IMG/VR virus record: IMGVR_UViG_3300031972_000800
Location: 1-53,947 of that record
DNA length: 53,947 nucleotides
DNA from: a virus
Taxonomy: Duplodnaviria > Caudoviricetes
Reading direction: 5' to 3' (one strand)
This document shows positions 9,284-19,714 of the stretch, in pieces. Both the position numbers and the translations under genes were made by a program. Every line of letters starts with the position of its first letter. The stretch's first letter is position 1. The notes below the pieces were generated by a model. The model searched no databases. It saw only the letters and a list, made by a program, of their open reading frames with translations, and was not told the origin of the DNA.

Positions 9284-9450
9284 AAGATAAAAAAATAACT
9301 TTGAAAGAATGGCACGAGATGACCAAGCTTGAGATGCGGGAACCCGTCTCAGACAATACAAAGGATGAGGACATCGACGCCGTGCGTTTTACTTGGGATG
9401 CGGAGAGCGAAACGTTTGTTGTGGCAGGATATGAGGGAGTTAAACATTGA
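9280..9450 (+). CDS. hypothetical protein
   Basis: ATGA overlap with the helicase stop. Confidence 0.65.
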   Translation: MKDKKITLKEWHEMTKLEMREPVSDNTKDEDIDAVRFTWDAESETFVVAGYEGVKH

Positions 9451-9608
9451 ACTGCTGGCATTGTAAAACAGAATTAATCTGGGGCGGGGATCACGACTGT
9501 GATGACGGACCCGAAGAGTTTTTAATGGTGACAAACCTTTCGTGCCCAGAGTGTGGAAGTTTTGTTTTAGTTTACTATCCAGAGGAGGATACCGATGAAG
9601 AGGGATGA
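9447..9608 (+). CDS. small zinc-ribbon protein, 53 aa
   Basis: Hand translation from TTG: MNCWHCKTELIWGGDHDC...TNLSCPECGSFVLVYYP, with two CxxC pairs; GAGGGAG RBS. Not in the ORF track. Confidence 0.8.
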   Translation: MNCWHCKTELIWGGDHDCDDGPEEFLMVTNLSCPECGSFVLVYYPEEDTDEEG

Positions 9609-9936
9609 GGTTTTAAAGACTGCAAAGACCGCGATCAATGGTCAAAGGGCCAAGGATTATGGTGACGCATACGATAACTTCACGCGGATTGCTGATGGTT
9701 GGAATCTTATTGTGAAGGAAGCGCAGTGCACCAACGGGTACATCACTCCGCAGCATGTTGCTTTGATGCTCGACTGGATGAAAACAGCGAGGCTACTGCA
9801 CAACTTGGATTCCGCAGATGGATGGGTGGATAAGGTTGGCTATAGCGCGTTGGGATCTGAGTGCGGGGATCGTGAAAACGAAATACAAGAGCGGTTAAAC
9901 CTGTTCATTGGAAAGGTTCCGAATGGCAAGGGATAG
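9595..9936 (+). CDS. DUF6378-like protein (possible nucleotide pyrophosphohydrolase-like)
   Basis: RAKDYGDAYDNFTRIA...VALM...K.AR...D.WVDKVGY pattern. Confidence 0.75.
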   Translation: MKRDEVLKTAKTAINGQRAKDYGDAYDNFTRIADGWNLIVKEAQCTNGYITPQHVALMLDWMKTARLLHNLDSADGWVDKVGYSALGSECGDRENEIQERLNLFIGKVPNGKG

Positions 9937-11836
9937 AAAAGACAAGAAGACTGTGGATCTGGTTGCTCGCATGGAGCTAGGTGAAAACCTTGATCCGGAT
10001 TGGAACATTCCATCCGAGTACCCTGACCTGCGGGGCTACAAGTCTATCGCCGTGGATCTGGAAACGAGAGATCCAAACATTCAAACCTTGGGTCCGGGCT
10101 GGGCCCGCAACGATGGCAACATCGTGGGGATTGCAGTGGCTGCGGGGGATTACAAGGGATACTTTCCGATCCGCCACCAGAACGGGCACAATCTCGATCC
10201 GGACATGACCATGCGCTGGTTTAAAAAACAGATGGCAACTCCGGACATCCAGAAGGTTATGCACAACGCGACCTACGATGCGGGTTGGCTGCGGGCCGAG
10301 GGGGTCGAGGTGCAAGGAAAGCTAATCGATACGATGATTGCTGCGCCTCTGGTAAACGAGAACAGGTTTTCCTACAGCCTCAACAATCTGGGCCGTGATT
10401 ATATCGACATGCGCAAGGACGAGCGGATGCTGCGGGCTGCGGCCAAGGACTGGGGCATTGATCCCAAGGCGGACATGTGGAAGTTGCCGCCCAAGTTTGT
10501 TGGTGCGTATGCCGAGCAGGACGCTTTGATGACGCTTAAACTCTGGGAGTATCTTCAGATCGAACTCAGTAAGGATGAGCTCGGGCATATCTTCGAGCTT
10601 GAAACCAGCCTGATTCCTATGATGCTGGACATGCGAGCCAAGGGTGTGCGCGTGGATCTGGACAAAGCCGCTCGGGTTAAGAAGGATCTGGAAGGGAAAG
10701 CCAAGCAGGTCCACAAGAACATCAAAGACAAGACAGGCGTAGACATCCAGCCGTGGGCCTCGGCCTCAGTCCAGAAGATGTTCGAGGCGCTGAACCTGCA
10801 ATACCCAACAACGGATGCGGGCGCTCCGTCCTTTACCAAGCAGTATCTGTCCTCTCATCCGCATGAAATGTGCCAGCAACTGGTGCGCTTGCGTGAACTG
10901 GACAAGGCCAGTAGCACGTTTGTCGAAAGCATCCTGCGCCACGAGCACAAGGGCCGCATCCATTGTGAGTTCCACCAGCTTCGATCTGATGACGGGGGCA
11001 CTGTAACAGGGCGGTTCTCTTCTTCGAACCCCAACCTCCAGCAAATCCCGGCGCGAGATCCGGAGATCAAGGCTGCAATTCGTGGCTTGTTTATTCCAGA
11101 AGAGGGAGAGAAGTGGGGATCGTTTGACTACGCTAGTCAGGAGCCTCGGCTCTTGGTTCACTTTGCTGCGTCCATGCCTGACAATCTGCGCCACCCTATG
11201 GTCGATACGATTGTCGAAGAGTACCACAAGGGCGATGTCGATTTGCACCAGATGGTGGCAGACATGGCAGGAATCAGCCGCAAGGAAGCAAAGACCGTGA
11301 ACCTTGGGATTATGTACGGCATGGGGGTGGGCAAACTTGCCAACCAGCTATCGATTACAAACGACGAGGCCAAAGAATTATTGGAAACGCACCGCCAGAA
11401 GGTGCCGTTTGTCAAGCAGCTTGCCAGCATTGCTACGCAGCAGGGAAGCACGAAGGGTCAGATACGCACTCTGCTGGGCCGTAAGTGCAGGTTTCACCTG
11501 TGGGAGCCTAGATCGTTCGGGTACAACAAACCCCTGCCTCACGACCAAGCACAGGCGGAGTACGGTATGGGTATACGCAGGGCGTTTACATACAAGGCGC
11601 TGAACAAGTTGATCCAAGGATCCGCCGCCGATCAAACCAAGCAGGCCATGGCCGACTGCTACAAGGAAGGATTGCTTCCGCTGCTCACGGTGCATGACGA
11701 ACTCTGCTTTTCTATTGAGAGCGATGAGCAAGCTGCGAGGATCAAGGACATTATGGAAAACGGCCTGAACGATGTGCTGCTTGTTCCATCCAGAGTGGAT
11801 CAGGAGCTAGGAGATAACTGGGGCGAGGTGGGTTAA
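9923..11836 (+). CDS. polA: DNA polymerase family A with 3'-5' exonuclease
   Basis: Exo DLET, HNATYD, YAEQD; TGRFSSSNPNLQQIP; motif A DYASQEPR; motif B RKEAKTVNLGIMYG; motif C VHDE. Confidence 0.97.
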   Translation: MARDRKDKKTVDLVARMELGENLDPDWNIPSEYPDLRGYKSIAVDLETRDPNIQTLGPGWARNDGNIVGIAVAAGDYKGYFPIRHQNGHNLDPDMTMRWFKKQMATPDIQKVMHNATYDAGWLRAEGVEVQGKLIDTMIAAPLVNENRFSYSLNNLGRDYIDMRKDERMLRAAAKDWGIDPKADMWKLPPKFVGAYAEQDALMTLKLWEYLQIELSKDELGHIFELETSLIPMMLDMRAKGVRVDLDKAARVKKDLEGKAKQVHKNIKDKTGVDIQPWASASVQKMFEALNLQYPTTDAGAPSFTKQYLSSHPHEMCQQLVRLRELDKASSTFVESILRHEHKGRIHCEFHQLRSDDGGTVTGRFSSSNPNLQQIPARDPEIKAAIRGLFIPEEGEKWGSFDYASQEPRLLVHFAASMPDNLRHPMVDTIVEEYHKGDVDLHQMVADMAGISRKEAKTVNLGIMYGMGVGKLANQLSITNDEAKELLETHRQKVPFVKQLASIATQQGSTKGQIRTLLGRKCRFHLWEPRSFGYNKPLPHDQAQAEYGMGIRRAFTYKALNKLIQGSAADQTKQAMADCYKEGLLPLLTVHDELCFSIESDEQAARIKDIMENGLNDVLLVPSRVDQELGDNWGEVG

Positions 11837-14800
11837 TTTCCTGGTCCTTGCCTCTGCGCGATCTGCATGTTTTTCAACGCGTCTAATGGGTTAGAACCCA
11901 TTACTGCGGCTAAGAATCCTTGGTCCCTTGGTGGACTTTCCTGAACGAGGGGAGCAGGAGCAGGAGCAGGAGCAAGAACAGACTGAGGCGCAGGGGTTTC
12001 CACGATGGGCGCTGCTACCTCTGGCTCTGCTTCGCCTTGAAAAAAGTCTATCGCGGGCGCTGCTATTCTCGCTAATCGGCTATTCGCTTGATTAACTTCA
12101 GCTTCTCTTTGAAGTCTCTTGGTTTCTAGTCTTGCCGCTTCTTCTTCCGCGAAGTTCAACGGGGACAACTTTTCGCGTCTTCTGTCGTTTGACATTTGAT
12201 TTAGCGTTGACCATGGTCGTTGATTGACAAGAAACGTTTTGTCTTCGTTTCTCATCTCCCGTTTAGTTTCTTTAATGACTTCTTTAGATGCCAGACCGGG
12301 CCAAAACTCGCCTTTCATAATGGAGTTAAGCTCTGCCCCACCAAGATTTGCCTGCTTTAACTGTGCTCTAATAGCCGCCTCAGAGGTTTTCATTTCTCGT
12401 GCGGCCTCCACATAATAGTAAAGCTGGCTTTGCGCTCGATATAAATTATCAAGATAGCCGTTCCAAGATTCTAAAACATCTGCTTGAGTTGCATCAGCAC
12501 GTTTAATGGTCCGTGTAGCGAGGCCCTTGGCTGGGTTACGAAGAGAAGTGTACTCCGCGCCGCGGAAGGTAAAATCTGTTCGGTTGTTTACTACAATAGG
12601 AGTAAATCCTGTGGCGATTCGGGCAATTTCTTCTTCGTTTGTATACTGTTGTCCTCGGGTCCCAGGAATACCAAGTGCCGCTCTCGCCGCTCGGCCAAAC
12701 GTCAACTCTCCGCCGCGTTCCTCAACGACTAAACGAGCGTACCCCGGCAAATATGCTCCCAGAGTGTGTACGACAGATTTTTTCAACTGATCCCCAACGG
12801 GTTCCCCTTGGATATAAATAGGAGCCCCGGTTTCAGTCTTGCCGCCACGACCGATCCACGATTCAGGCAGAACATCTAAAAGTCTTTCCGCAAACAAAGA
12901 GGTTCCCGCAAAGGGCTCTGATAGTTTGGTAAGGCCCGCCCACATTCCGTTTGTGATTTGTGCGGCTGCCGTTTTATCCAACTCTCCCGTCTGATTAAAT
13001 TCTCGAATCGCAGCGATAGCAGGTTCTCGAACAAAACTATGCGGGAAGATGTAGCTTTGATTAAACAACTCCATCTTGCCACGCTTGTCGTTGCTCAATA
13101 CCCCGAGGTCACTACCGCTATAGAAGTCCGCTGCTTGTACTCGCGCCGCCGCCATCTCTTCTTCCGAGGTCCCAGTTGCGAGCATCGAGGCTTTGGTAAC
13201 AGCGTTGGGGGAAACGTTAGCAATAGCGACATAGGACAAGAGACGTTGAGAACCCATGCCTCGGACTTGTCGAGCGAACGCTCTTGCCGCTGCTTCGTCT
13301 CCTTTGAATGCTGCAATTAAGTTATCGTCTACTTGAAACGAGAGCTCGGTCAGACCTCGTTGAACAGTGTTGGCCGCATTCCTAATGTTTTCTGCGGCAA
13401 AAGATGTAAAGGCACCAAAGATTGGAACAGCGTCAATTTTTTTAACCAACTTACCCACGCGGGAATACACAGGCATCAAGTCTTTAACTGTGTCTCCAGC
13501 CAGTGTTAGTAAAAAGTTAGAGGGAGAATCGTCCAGAGCCAAAGAGCGAGAACGCTTTGCCAACCCTTGACTCATCATCGAGTCTTTAAACGCTTCAAAG
13601 TTAAAGTTCTTTGGCCGACCAACGTCCACACCAGCCTTGCCCAGTGCTGTCGCCATTTTGCCTTGCTCGGCAAACACGCCAAGGATTTTAAAGAAGCTAT
13701 CCGAGTTACCATAAAGACTTTCAAGCTGTCGCATAAACGGAATGATACGACTAAACCCATCAAACCCTGCTTGTAGACGGCCTCCAGCACTTAGGTCTTT
13801 CGACAGTTCTCTAAAGTCTCGTAACGCGCTGCTCACGAGGTTGGTATCCATGACCCCTAACGCGCCGAGTTCTTTTGTAAGTTTGTCAAGAGCATCATCG
13901 TTTAGACCTTCGACATTAGCCGACACAACTCTAAAGGCATCCACCACATCCCCGCGGTTGGGCAGCATACCACCCTGACCCAATGCGATCACGTTTCCAA
14001 AGATGTTTCGAATTTGCGAGGCCAGATTAGGAACGATGGTCATGCGCTGCGCCTGCCCTTTAAGAATGGCACCAGTCGCAAGAGCCGCGCCAAGGTCGTC
14101 GAGTTGCAACCTAGCGGGGGTTGTTAATGCCTCTGCCGCTGCGGGAGAAACATACATGTTGGTGATAGCCCCGAACGGACCCAACACAGATGGATCCCCC
14201 TCGACCTGGGACAATTGAACGTACCCGCGTTGTAGCAAGCCTTCGGTCAGTTGCGCCGTTTCATCAACAGCCTGCCCCGTTAGTCTGTCCGTTACTTCTT
14301 TACCCGTGTCGTCTACGGTTGCTTTAAACAGCAAGCCACCATAGCCAGAACCCGCAGTGTTTACGTTTTCGGCAAACGATTTAAATTGTCTCGCAGCGTC
14401 TTGCTCCGAAAGCCCCTTCGCCATCCTTTCGTCCAGAACCGCCCGAGCAGCGGCAAACGCGTCCCGAGCAGAACCAAACCGTTCCGCCGCAGTAATCGTA
14501 ACAGGATCACGCACAAGACCGGGAAGTTCCTTGTCCCCCGCCTGCAAACGCAACGCCGCGTTAGCATCTACCGCAACGTCATCCGCCATGTTTTTGTAAA
14601 ACCTAGACGCAGCATACGCATTCGCCGTGTCCGTTATCGTGTTATAAAACATGGTCTTAGGATCTCGGACCTCGCCCATAAGTTCTCGGACCGCACCGAG
14701 ATTATCTAACTCAGCGACCCGCTCGATAAAAATAGAATCATCTAACTGAATCCGCTGACCGGGCATAACCACTTGAGCGTTATTAGCTCTTTTCAACGCC

Positions 14801-16572
14801 TGTATGCGGTTGTTCAACGCCTGTTGAGGAGTTACCCCGTTGCCCACATCCAGCTTTAAATACCGAAGTAAACGCAATTCAGCAAACCGATCTATCTGAT
14901 CGTCTGTTAGCTTGGAAAAATCAACGTAACCTGTTGGAGTGCCGTCAGGTTTGGTGAACAAAGGAAGAGCTTCTTTATAGTCCGCAGGAAGAATTTGTTT
15001 TAAATCATCTGCTTTAACACCACCCGAAAACGAGGACCGAATATGAGCCTTCATTTCGTCCAACGCTTTTTTATAGGCTGGACTATTCGATTGCACATCC
15101 AGATTGTTGTAGAAGTTTTCTGCATCGTCATACATGGCAAAACGTCTGCGCAGATAAGTCTTCCCCGCGGCGTGACTATCTCGAATTTCTTTCAAGGCGT
15201 CTTCTAACGGCTTTACATCAGACGGAGCGTATTCCGACCGAGCTTTTATCCGTTGAATGGAGTCCTCTAAGTCCAAAGCAATCTCGTCTTGTATCCGTAG
15301 ATTTGCTTCTCGCATCGCTTCTACAGAACTTTTAATCTTTTCTTGTTTCCGTTTGCTAAAGTTTTTAGCAAATCCTTCAATGTCGCCTGTTTCAAACGCT
15401 TTTAAAAACTGCTCCCCAATTTCCTTGCGCTTTCTTTTGGACATCTTTGGAAGGTCCACCACACGAAACAACTGGTCTGTGGCGCTCTCATAATTCTGAA
15501 ACAGATTTACAGCCTTGCGCTTTGATTCGTTCATCGAACCCTCTGCGTCAAACATCTCTTCCACAAAACGACTATGAGCATTTCCAGTGGGCGAGAACCA
15601 CTGAGCAAACTTCTCTTTCACGGGTTCTTTCACGCTTCGTATAATCGGCGCTTTCCCCGCGATAGTAGTTGCTCGATCAAACACATCTAAAACCGAACGA
15701 GATAACAACGATGACGCTTCTGATACTCCCGGCACTGAGCCCACGGCCCGTGCTCCTGCGCCCAAAACGGGAATACCAACATCAAACGTAAGACTGGCAA
15801 GACTACCTTCAAACGCTCTACGGCCCTTGTTTTTTAAACGACCCATGGCAAGGTCTGTGCCCCCTAACTCTAACGTGTTTTCAGTCTTTAAAAACTCAGG
15901 AGCAGAATCAAACGAGTCGGAAATAGTGGGACGACCATCGGGCGTAACCAAAGCTTCGAAGCCGCCCGCGGCAAGCGCCGTGGTTCCTATTAACCCCGCT
16001 CTTGTTCCCACTAATTTTTTACCAGCGTCGGACTTACCAAACGAATCCGCCGCTTTAAAAAATTTACTTTTGGCTTGGGTTCGCGCTGCTCCTCGGGCGA
16101 CTTGATTTGCTCTGCCCAACCAACCTGCGATAGGAATAAACCCTAGACCGAAACCCACAATCTCCTCGGTAATCTGACCGCCCGTGGTGCGAGGATTGAG
16201 GTCGTTGTCTTTACGAAACTTCTCGAATGAATCTGATACTCCACGAGAATACTCAGTTCCAAAAGCTAGATCCGCGGCCAATGCTCCGCTTTCCACCAAG
16301 CCTTGAGCTATCATTACAGGCGCAGCTTTAATACCCCGTCCTATGTCTGTGAGTTTAGACTCTTCGTAGGGGGCCATCAGCCCCTTGGCTTGATCAGCTA
16401 ACCTATTGCCTGTGTCATCATCCCCAGCGTCGTAGGCAGCAATAGCAGCAGACTTTAACTCATCGAACTCAAGAACATCTCGGGCTTGATCTGCCAGCAT
16501 GTTTCCGGTTTCGTCATCCCCAGCGTCGTAGGCAGCAATAGCAGCAGACTTTAACTCGTTGTATGTTGGCAT
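11833..16572 (-). CDS. large internal virion/ejection protein (1579 aa)
   Basis: Last and largest gene of the late operon; Ala/Gly-rich and helical; position typical of podovirus ejection proteins. Confidence 0.75.
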   Translation of the reverse strand: MPTYNELKSAAIAAYDAGDDETGNMLADQARDVLEFDELKSAAIAAYDAGDDDTGNRLADQAKGLMAPYEESKLTDIGRGIKAAPVMIAQGLVESGALAADLAFGTEYSRGVSDSFEKFRKDNDLNPRTTGGQITEEIVGFGLGFIPIAGWLGRANQVARGAARTQAKSKFFKAADSFGKSDAGKKLVGTRAGLIGTTALAAGGFEALVTPDGRPTISDSFDSAPEFLKTENTLELGGTDLAMGRLKNKGRRAFEGSLASLTFDVGIPVLGAGARAVGSVPGVSEASSLLSRSVLDVFDRATTIAGKAPIIRSVKEPVKEKFAQWFSPTGNAHSRFVEEMFDAEGSMNESKRKAVNLFQNYESATDQLFRVVDLPKMSKRKRKEIGEQFLKAFETGDIEGFAKNFSKRKQEKIKSSVEAMREANLRIQDEIALDLEDSIQRIKARSEYAPSDVKPLEDALKEIRDSHAAGKTYLRRRFAMYDDAENFYNNLDVQSNSPAYKKALDEMKAHIRSSFSGGVKADDLKQILPADYKEALPLFTKPDGTPTGYVDFSKLTDDQIDRFAELRLLRYLKLDVGNGVTPQQALNNRIQALKRANNAQVVMPGQRIQLDDSIFIERVAELDNLGAVRELMGEVRDPKTMFYNTITDTANAYAASRFYKNMADDVAVDANAALRLQAGDKELPGLVRDPVTITAAERFGSARDAFAAARAVLDERMAKGLSEQDAARQFKSFAENVNTAGSGYGGLLFKATVDDTGKEVTDRLTGQAVDETAQLTEGLLQRGYVQLSQVEGDPSVLGPFGAITNMYVSPAAAEALTTPARLQLDDLGAALATGAILKGQAQRMTIVPNLASQIRNIFGNVIALGQGGMLPNRGDVVDAFRVVSANVEGLNDDALDKLTKELGALGVMDTNLVSSALRDFRELSKDLSAGGRLQAGFDGFSRIIPFMRQLESLYGNSDSFFKILGVFAEQGKMATALGKAGVDVGRPKNFNFEAFKDSMMSQGLAKRSRSLALDDSPSNFLLTLAGDTVKDLMPVYSRVGKLVKKIDAVPIFGAFTSFAAENIRNAANTVQRGLTELSFQVDDNLIAAFKGDEAAARAFARQVRGMGSQRLLSYVAIANVSPNAVTKASMLATGTSEEEMAAARVQAADFYSGSDLGVLSNDKRGKMELFNQSYIFPHSFVREPAIAAIREFNQTGELDKTAAAQITNGMWAGLTKLSEPFAGTSLFAERLLDVLPESWIGRGGKTETGAPIYIQGEPVGDQLKKSVVHTLGAYLPGYARLVVEERGGELTFGRAARAALGIPGTRGQQYTNEEEIARIATGFTPIVVNNRTDFTFRGAEYTSLRNPAKGLATRTIKRADATQADVLESWNGYLDNLYRAQSQLYYYVEAAREMKTSEAAIRAQLKQANLGGAELNSIMKGEFWPGLASKEVIKETKREMRNEDKTFLVNQRPWSTLNQMSNDRRREKLSPLNFAEEEAARLETKRLQREAEVNQANSRLARIAAPAIDFFQGEAEPEVAAPIVETPAPQSVLAPAPAPAPLVQESPPRDQGFLAAVMGSNPLDALKNMQIAQRQGPGN
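16418..16557. repeat. 44-nt identical direct repeat (96-nt period) at the start of the ejection protein
   Basis: TCATCCCCAGCGTCGTAGGCAGCAATAGCAGCAGACTTTAACTC at 16418 and 16514; encodes ELKSAAIAAYDAGDD twice. Confidence 0.95.
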
Positions 16573-16577
16573 TAATC

Positions 16578-18482
16578 TTAGCTACCCTTTTTCTGCCGCT
16601 GGTCAAACTTTGTTGCCCCGTCCGTTTTACCTTGGTTGTTAGACGTATAGCCCAGGGATTTCATAAACAGCGTTATTAGGGCTGGATCTCTCGCAACACC
16701 TCCAGAAGAGGTCATTTTCTCAAACGCTTGATCTGGGGTAAGACCGCCGCTAGCTGGGTCTATATACAGGTTATATTCGGCCAACAGTGCTTTACCAGTT
16801 GCTGTAGACAAGAAAGCTTTACCAGGAGTATTTGCTGCATCTGTCTCAATCTTAGCAATTTCCAAATCCGTGCGAAGTTGATACTCCTTAATAAGCTCAT
16901 CCATCCGCTGTCTGCGAGCCGCTGCCGCAGAATCCAACTCAGACGCTCTATCAAACGCCGCAAGTTTAATGCTGCGATCAAGTTCTGTGCGCTCTTTGTC
17001 CGCCGCAGCTAGACCCGCGATTGCCGTAGAGGCAGCGGCGTTTAGGTTAGCCAAGGCGTCCGGACTTTGGCCCGCGGCTAGCGCAGTAAAGAACTGCATT
17101 GCCATCAGGTTAAATTCTTTCTGCTTGTCTCGTTCCCCAATGCCCAAGAAATCTTTTAAGAACTCATACTGCGCCTTAGTAGCTTCCTCAATGGAAGACG
17201 AGCTCCCCGCGCCAAGGTTCGCGCCGATTGTACCAGGGAGACTTGCGCCCGGATCCTTAGAAGCTTCTGCTGCTGCTAGGGCAACCCCTTCCAGATCTTT
17301 AGCCGCATCTGGAGTATAACCTGCGGAGCCCAATGCGGCAGCACTCTCAGCCTTCGGATCGTTCTTCTCTACCGCTTCTAATAAAGCATCCACATCAACT
17401 TTTTCTGGCGCAGCAAGATCAGGCATCCCGGTCATTTGTTTGCGTTCCGCATCCGCCATCTCTTGGGCGCGTGTTAGTATATCGCCTTCCGTTGCGGCTG
17501 ACGCCGCTTCGGATGCTTCCGAAACTCGTTTTTCTGCCGCAGCAAGATCTACCGCAGCTTCTGAGGATAAGGGAACACCGCCAAACGTTTGGTCTTCTAC
17601 AACCTGTTGTTGCTGTTGTTGCGCAATAGAAGCCTCATTCTTTAATCGTTCCGCTTCTTGTTGTTTAAAGTCCGCAGAAGACATGAACTCAGTCACCATC
17701 TTTGACCGCGCATCCGTTGAAAGAATAGGGTCCATATCCATTGTGAAGACCTGATTAGTTCTTTCGTTAACAAGAAAAGGCATTCCTTGAACTTGAATCT
17801 GACGAAGGGAAGCGGGATCTTCCTCCGGGGTCATGGACATAAGGGTTTCTGCGGGTGTGGGCATTGTCATCCCGGCTAAGGCTAAGGACGCATCCTCTAT
17901 AGGTATGCCTTGATTTTCCGCGACAGAGCGACCAGCCATAATATCTTCCATGGACTTCGTCGGTGTAAACGAAAGCGACGGAGGATTAAGACTAATCTCA
18001 CGGAGCGCATCCTCAATCGGATTAACGGACTGCGCACTCTGGACCGTGGTCCGGATTCGGTCCATTAACGAGGGCTGCTCCCCGCTGGTTATAGGAGCAC
18101 TCTCCAACACCACCTCTTCCGGTGCCGCCTGTTGCGTTTCCATCATTCGACTGATGCGAGTACCAAGGATCGTTTGCGGACGAGCACGAGTTCTAACTCC
18201 TGACGGAACCATAGACTCTTCTTCAACAGTAGCCTGCTGCATTAATTGAGGAAACCTGTCGTTTAGCATTTGCATCGTGGGCACATCCACTCGAACGTAC
18301 TCATACTGATCTACTAAACCCGGAATGTTACTAACGATATATGAAAGCTCGACGCCCCCACCATTAGCAAACCTCATCGCCTCGCCCATCAACTCCGGAG
18401 AAGACCGCATAATCCCACCCATCGCCGCAAGCTGCCGCCGAGCATCTTTGTTCCTAAACAACTTGCGATTCTGAACGTTCAT
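16578..18482 (-). CDS. internal virion protein
   Basis: 634 aa, low-complexity helical; N-terminal RKLF...AAMGGIM and RFANGG motifs. Confidence 0.7.
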   Translation of the reverse strand: MNVQNRKLFRNKDARRQLAAMGGIMRSSPELMGEAMRFANGGGVELSYIVSNIPGLVDQYEYVRVDVPTMQMLNDRFPQLMQQATVEEESMVPSGVRTRARPQTILGTRISRMMETQQAAPEEVVLESAPITSGEQPSLMDRIRTTVQSAQSVNPIEDALREISLNPPSLSFTPTKSMEDIMAGRSVAENQGIPIEDASLALAGMTMPTPAETLMSMTPEEDPASLRQIQVQGMPFLVNERTNQVFTMDMDPILSTDARSKMVTEFMSSADFKQQEAERLKNEASIAQQQQQQVVEDQTFGGVPLSSEAAVDLAAAEKRVSEASEAASAATEGDILTRAQEMADAERKQMTGMPDLAAPEKVDVDALLEAVEKNDPKAESAAALGSAGYTPDAAKDLEGVALAAAEASKDPGASLPGTIGANLGAGSSSSIEEATKAQYEFLKDFLGIGERDKQKEFNLMAMQFFTALAAGQSPDALANLNAAASTAIAGLAAADKERTELDRSIKLAAFDRASELDSAAAARRQRMDELIKEYQLRTDLEIAKIETDAANTPGKAFLSTATGKALLAEYNLYIDPASGGLTPDQAFEKMTSSGGVARDPALITLFMKSLGYTSNNQGKTDGATKFDQRQKKGS

Positions 18483-18497
18483 AAGAAACCTCTAAGA

Positions 18498-19706
18498 TCA
18501 GTTAAAGTAGTTGTAACCAGCGCCCGCTGCGCCAAAAGCTCCGCCAATTTGAGTGTACGGATTAGGCATTGAAGGCATCGTAAAGGACATCGAGGAAGAC
18601 GGAGTCCCCGCAAAAATATCCGAGTAGAAACCAAGCTCTTGGTATGGCCGCATGTATTCTTGGTACTGATTCTGACGCAACGCTTCAAGCTCCCGCTGAC
18701 GTTGGTCTTGCTGGTTCTGACCCATGCCGTAGAGCATGTTGATGTCGCTTTGCCCCATCTGCTGCCCCAAGCCACCTAATTTAGCTTGCGCCGTTCCTAC
18801 GTTGCCTAAGCCTCCAGCCAGTGAACCAATGCCTGTGCCAATGTTAGCCATACCTGTGCCCGCGCCCATGGTTGTGCGACCAATGTTAGCCATACCTGTA
18901 CCAGCGCCCATGGTTGTGCGACCAATGTTAGCCTGCTGCCCTGCAAACTGGCCCATTCCAGTAGCAAGGTTTCCAAATGCCTGTCCCGCTGTCTGCTGAC
19001 GGCCTTTCTGAGACTCAAACGCACTGCCCGCACGGTCCATAGCTTGTTGAAACCCTTGCGATCTTAGCTGGGCACCAAACTCACTGGCATCTCTTGCTGT
19101 CTCTTGACCAACCCGGCGCGTCTCCAGATTCGCACGACTTGATCCTCCTAGCGCCGCTGCACCCAAACCACGGCCCCGCTGTAAATTTCCAGCCTGTGCG
19201 CCTTGTTCTTGGATGTCTCTTTGCCCAGCTTGTACAACCTCTTCAAGGTACGGATCCATGAACCTTTTATAACCTTGACCTCTAAAACGGTCTTGAGATT
19301 TGCGTAGAGCTTGAGCCCCTTCTCCGGTTAACCTCTTACCTTTCATAAGATAGTCTTGCCCTGCTCCCGCTTGTCGTGCGCCTTTTTTAAAATATTGTGA
19401 CCCTTGTCTCGCTTGTCGTGCGCCTCGATCAAAGTACCCTCCCGCATCAGCAAGAGTTCCTAACCCAGATTTATAAGCCCCCGCTGCGGAACCAAGAGTA
19501 TCAGCGCCTGCCTGCAACATTGGCATGTAAGATCCAACGCCTTGAGCAGCCATTTTCATGGCTTGTTGTTGATAAGGGGACATTCCAGCAATTTGATACT
19601 GGGGCATTCGGCCCTTGCCCTGCTTAAACAAATCACTGGCGCTTTGCAGAATTTGTTTCTGGTACTTCTTTAAATAAGAAGGGATGCCGCTTGTTTGTGC
19701 CGCCAT
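18498..19706 (-). CDS. Gly/Ala/Gln-rich DNA transfer/ejection protein
   Basis: FMDPYLEEVV, LRSQGFQQA and Gly-rich C-terminus resemble podovirus ejection proteins. Confidence 0.7.
   Translation of the reverse strand: MAAQTSGIPSYLKKYQKQILQSASDLFKQGKGRMPQYQIAGMSPYQQQAMKMAAQGVGSYMPMLQAGADTLGSAAGAYKSGLGTLADAGGYFDRGARQARQGSQYFKKGARQAGAGQDYLMKGKRLTGEGAQALRKSQDRFRGQGYKRFMDPYLEEVVQAGQRDIQEQGAQAGNLQRGRGLGAAALGGSSRANLETRRVGQETARDASEFGAQLRSQGFQQAMDRAGSAFESQKGRQQTAGQAFGNLATGMGQFAGQQANIGRTTMGAGTGMANIGRTTMGAGTGMANIGTGIGSLAGGLGNVGTAQAKLGGLGQQMGQSDINMLYGMGQNQQDQRQRELEALRQNQYQEYMRPYQELGFYSDIFAGTPSSSMSFTMPSMPNPYTQIGGAFGAAGAGYNYFN
18838..18933. repeat. 42-nt tandem repeat (ANIGRTTMGAGTGM)
   Basis: CCAATGTTAGCC at 18838, 18880 and 18922. 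Confidence 0.9.
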
Positions 19707-19714
19707 AATATCAC

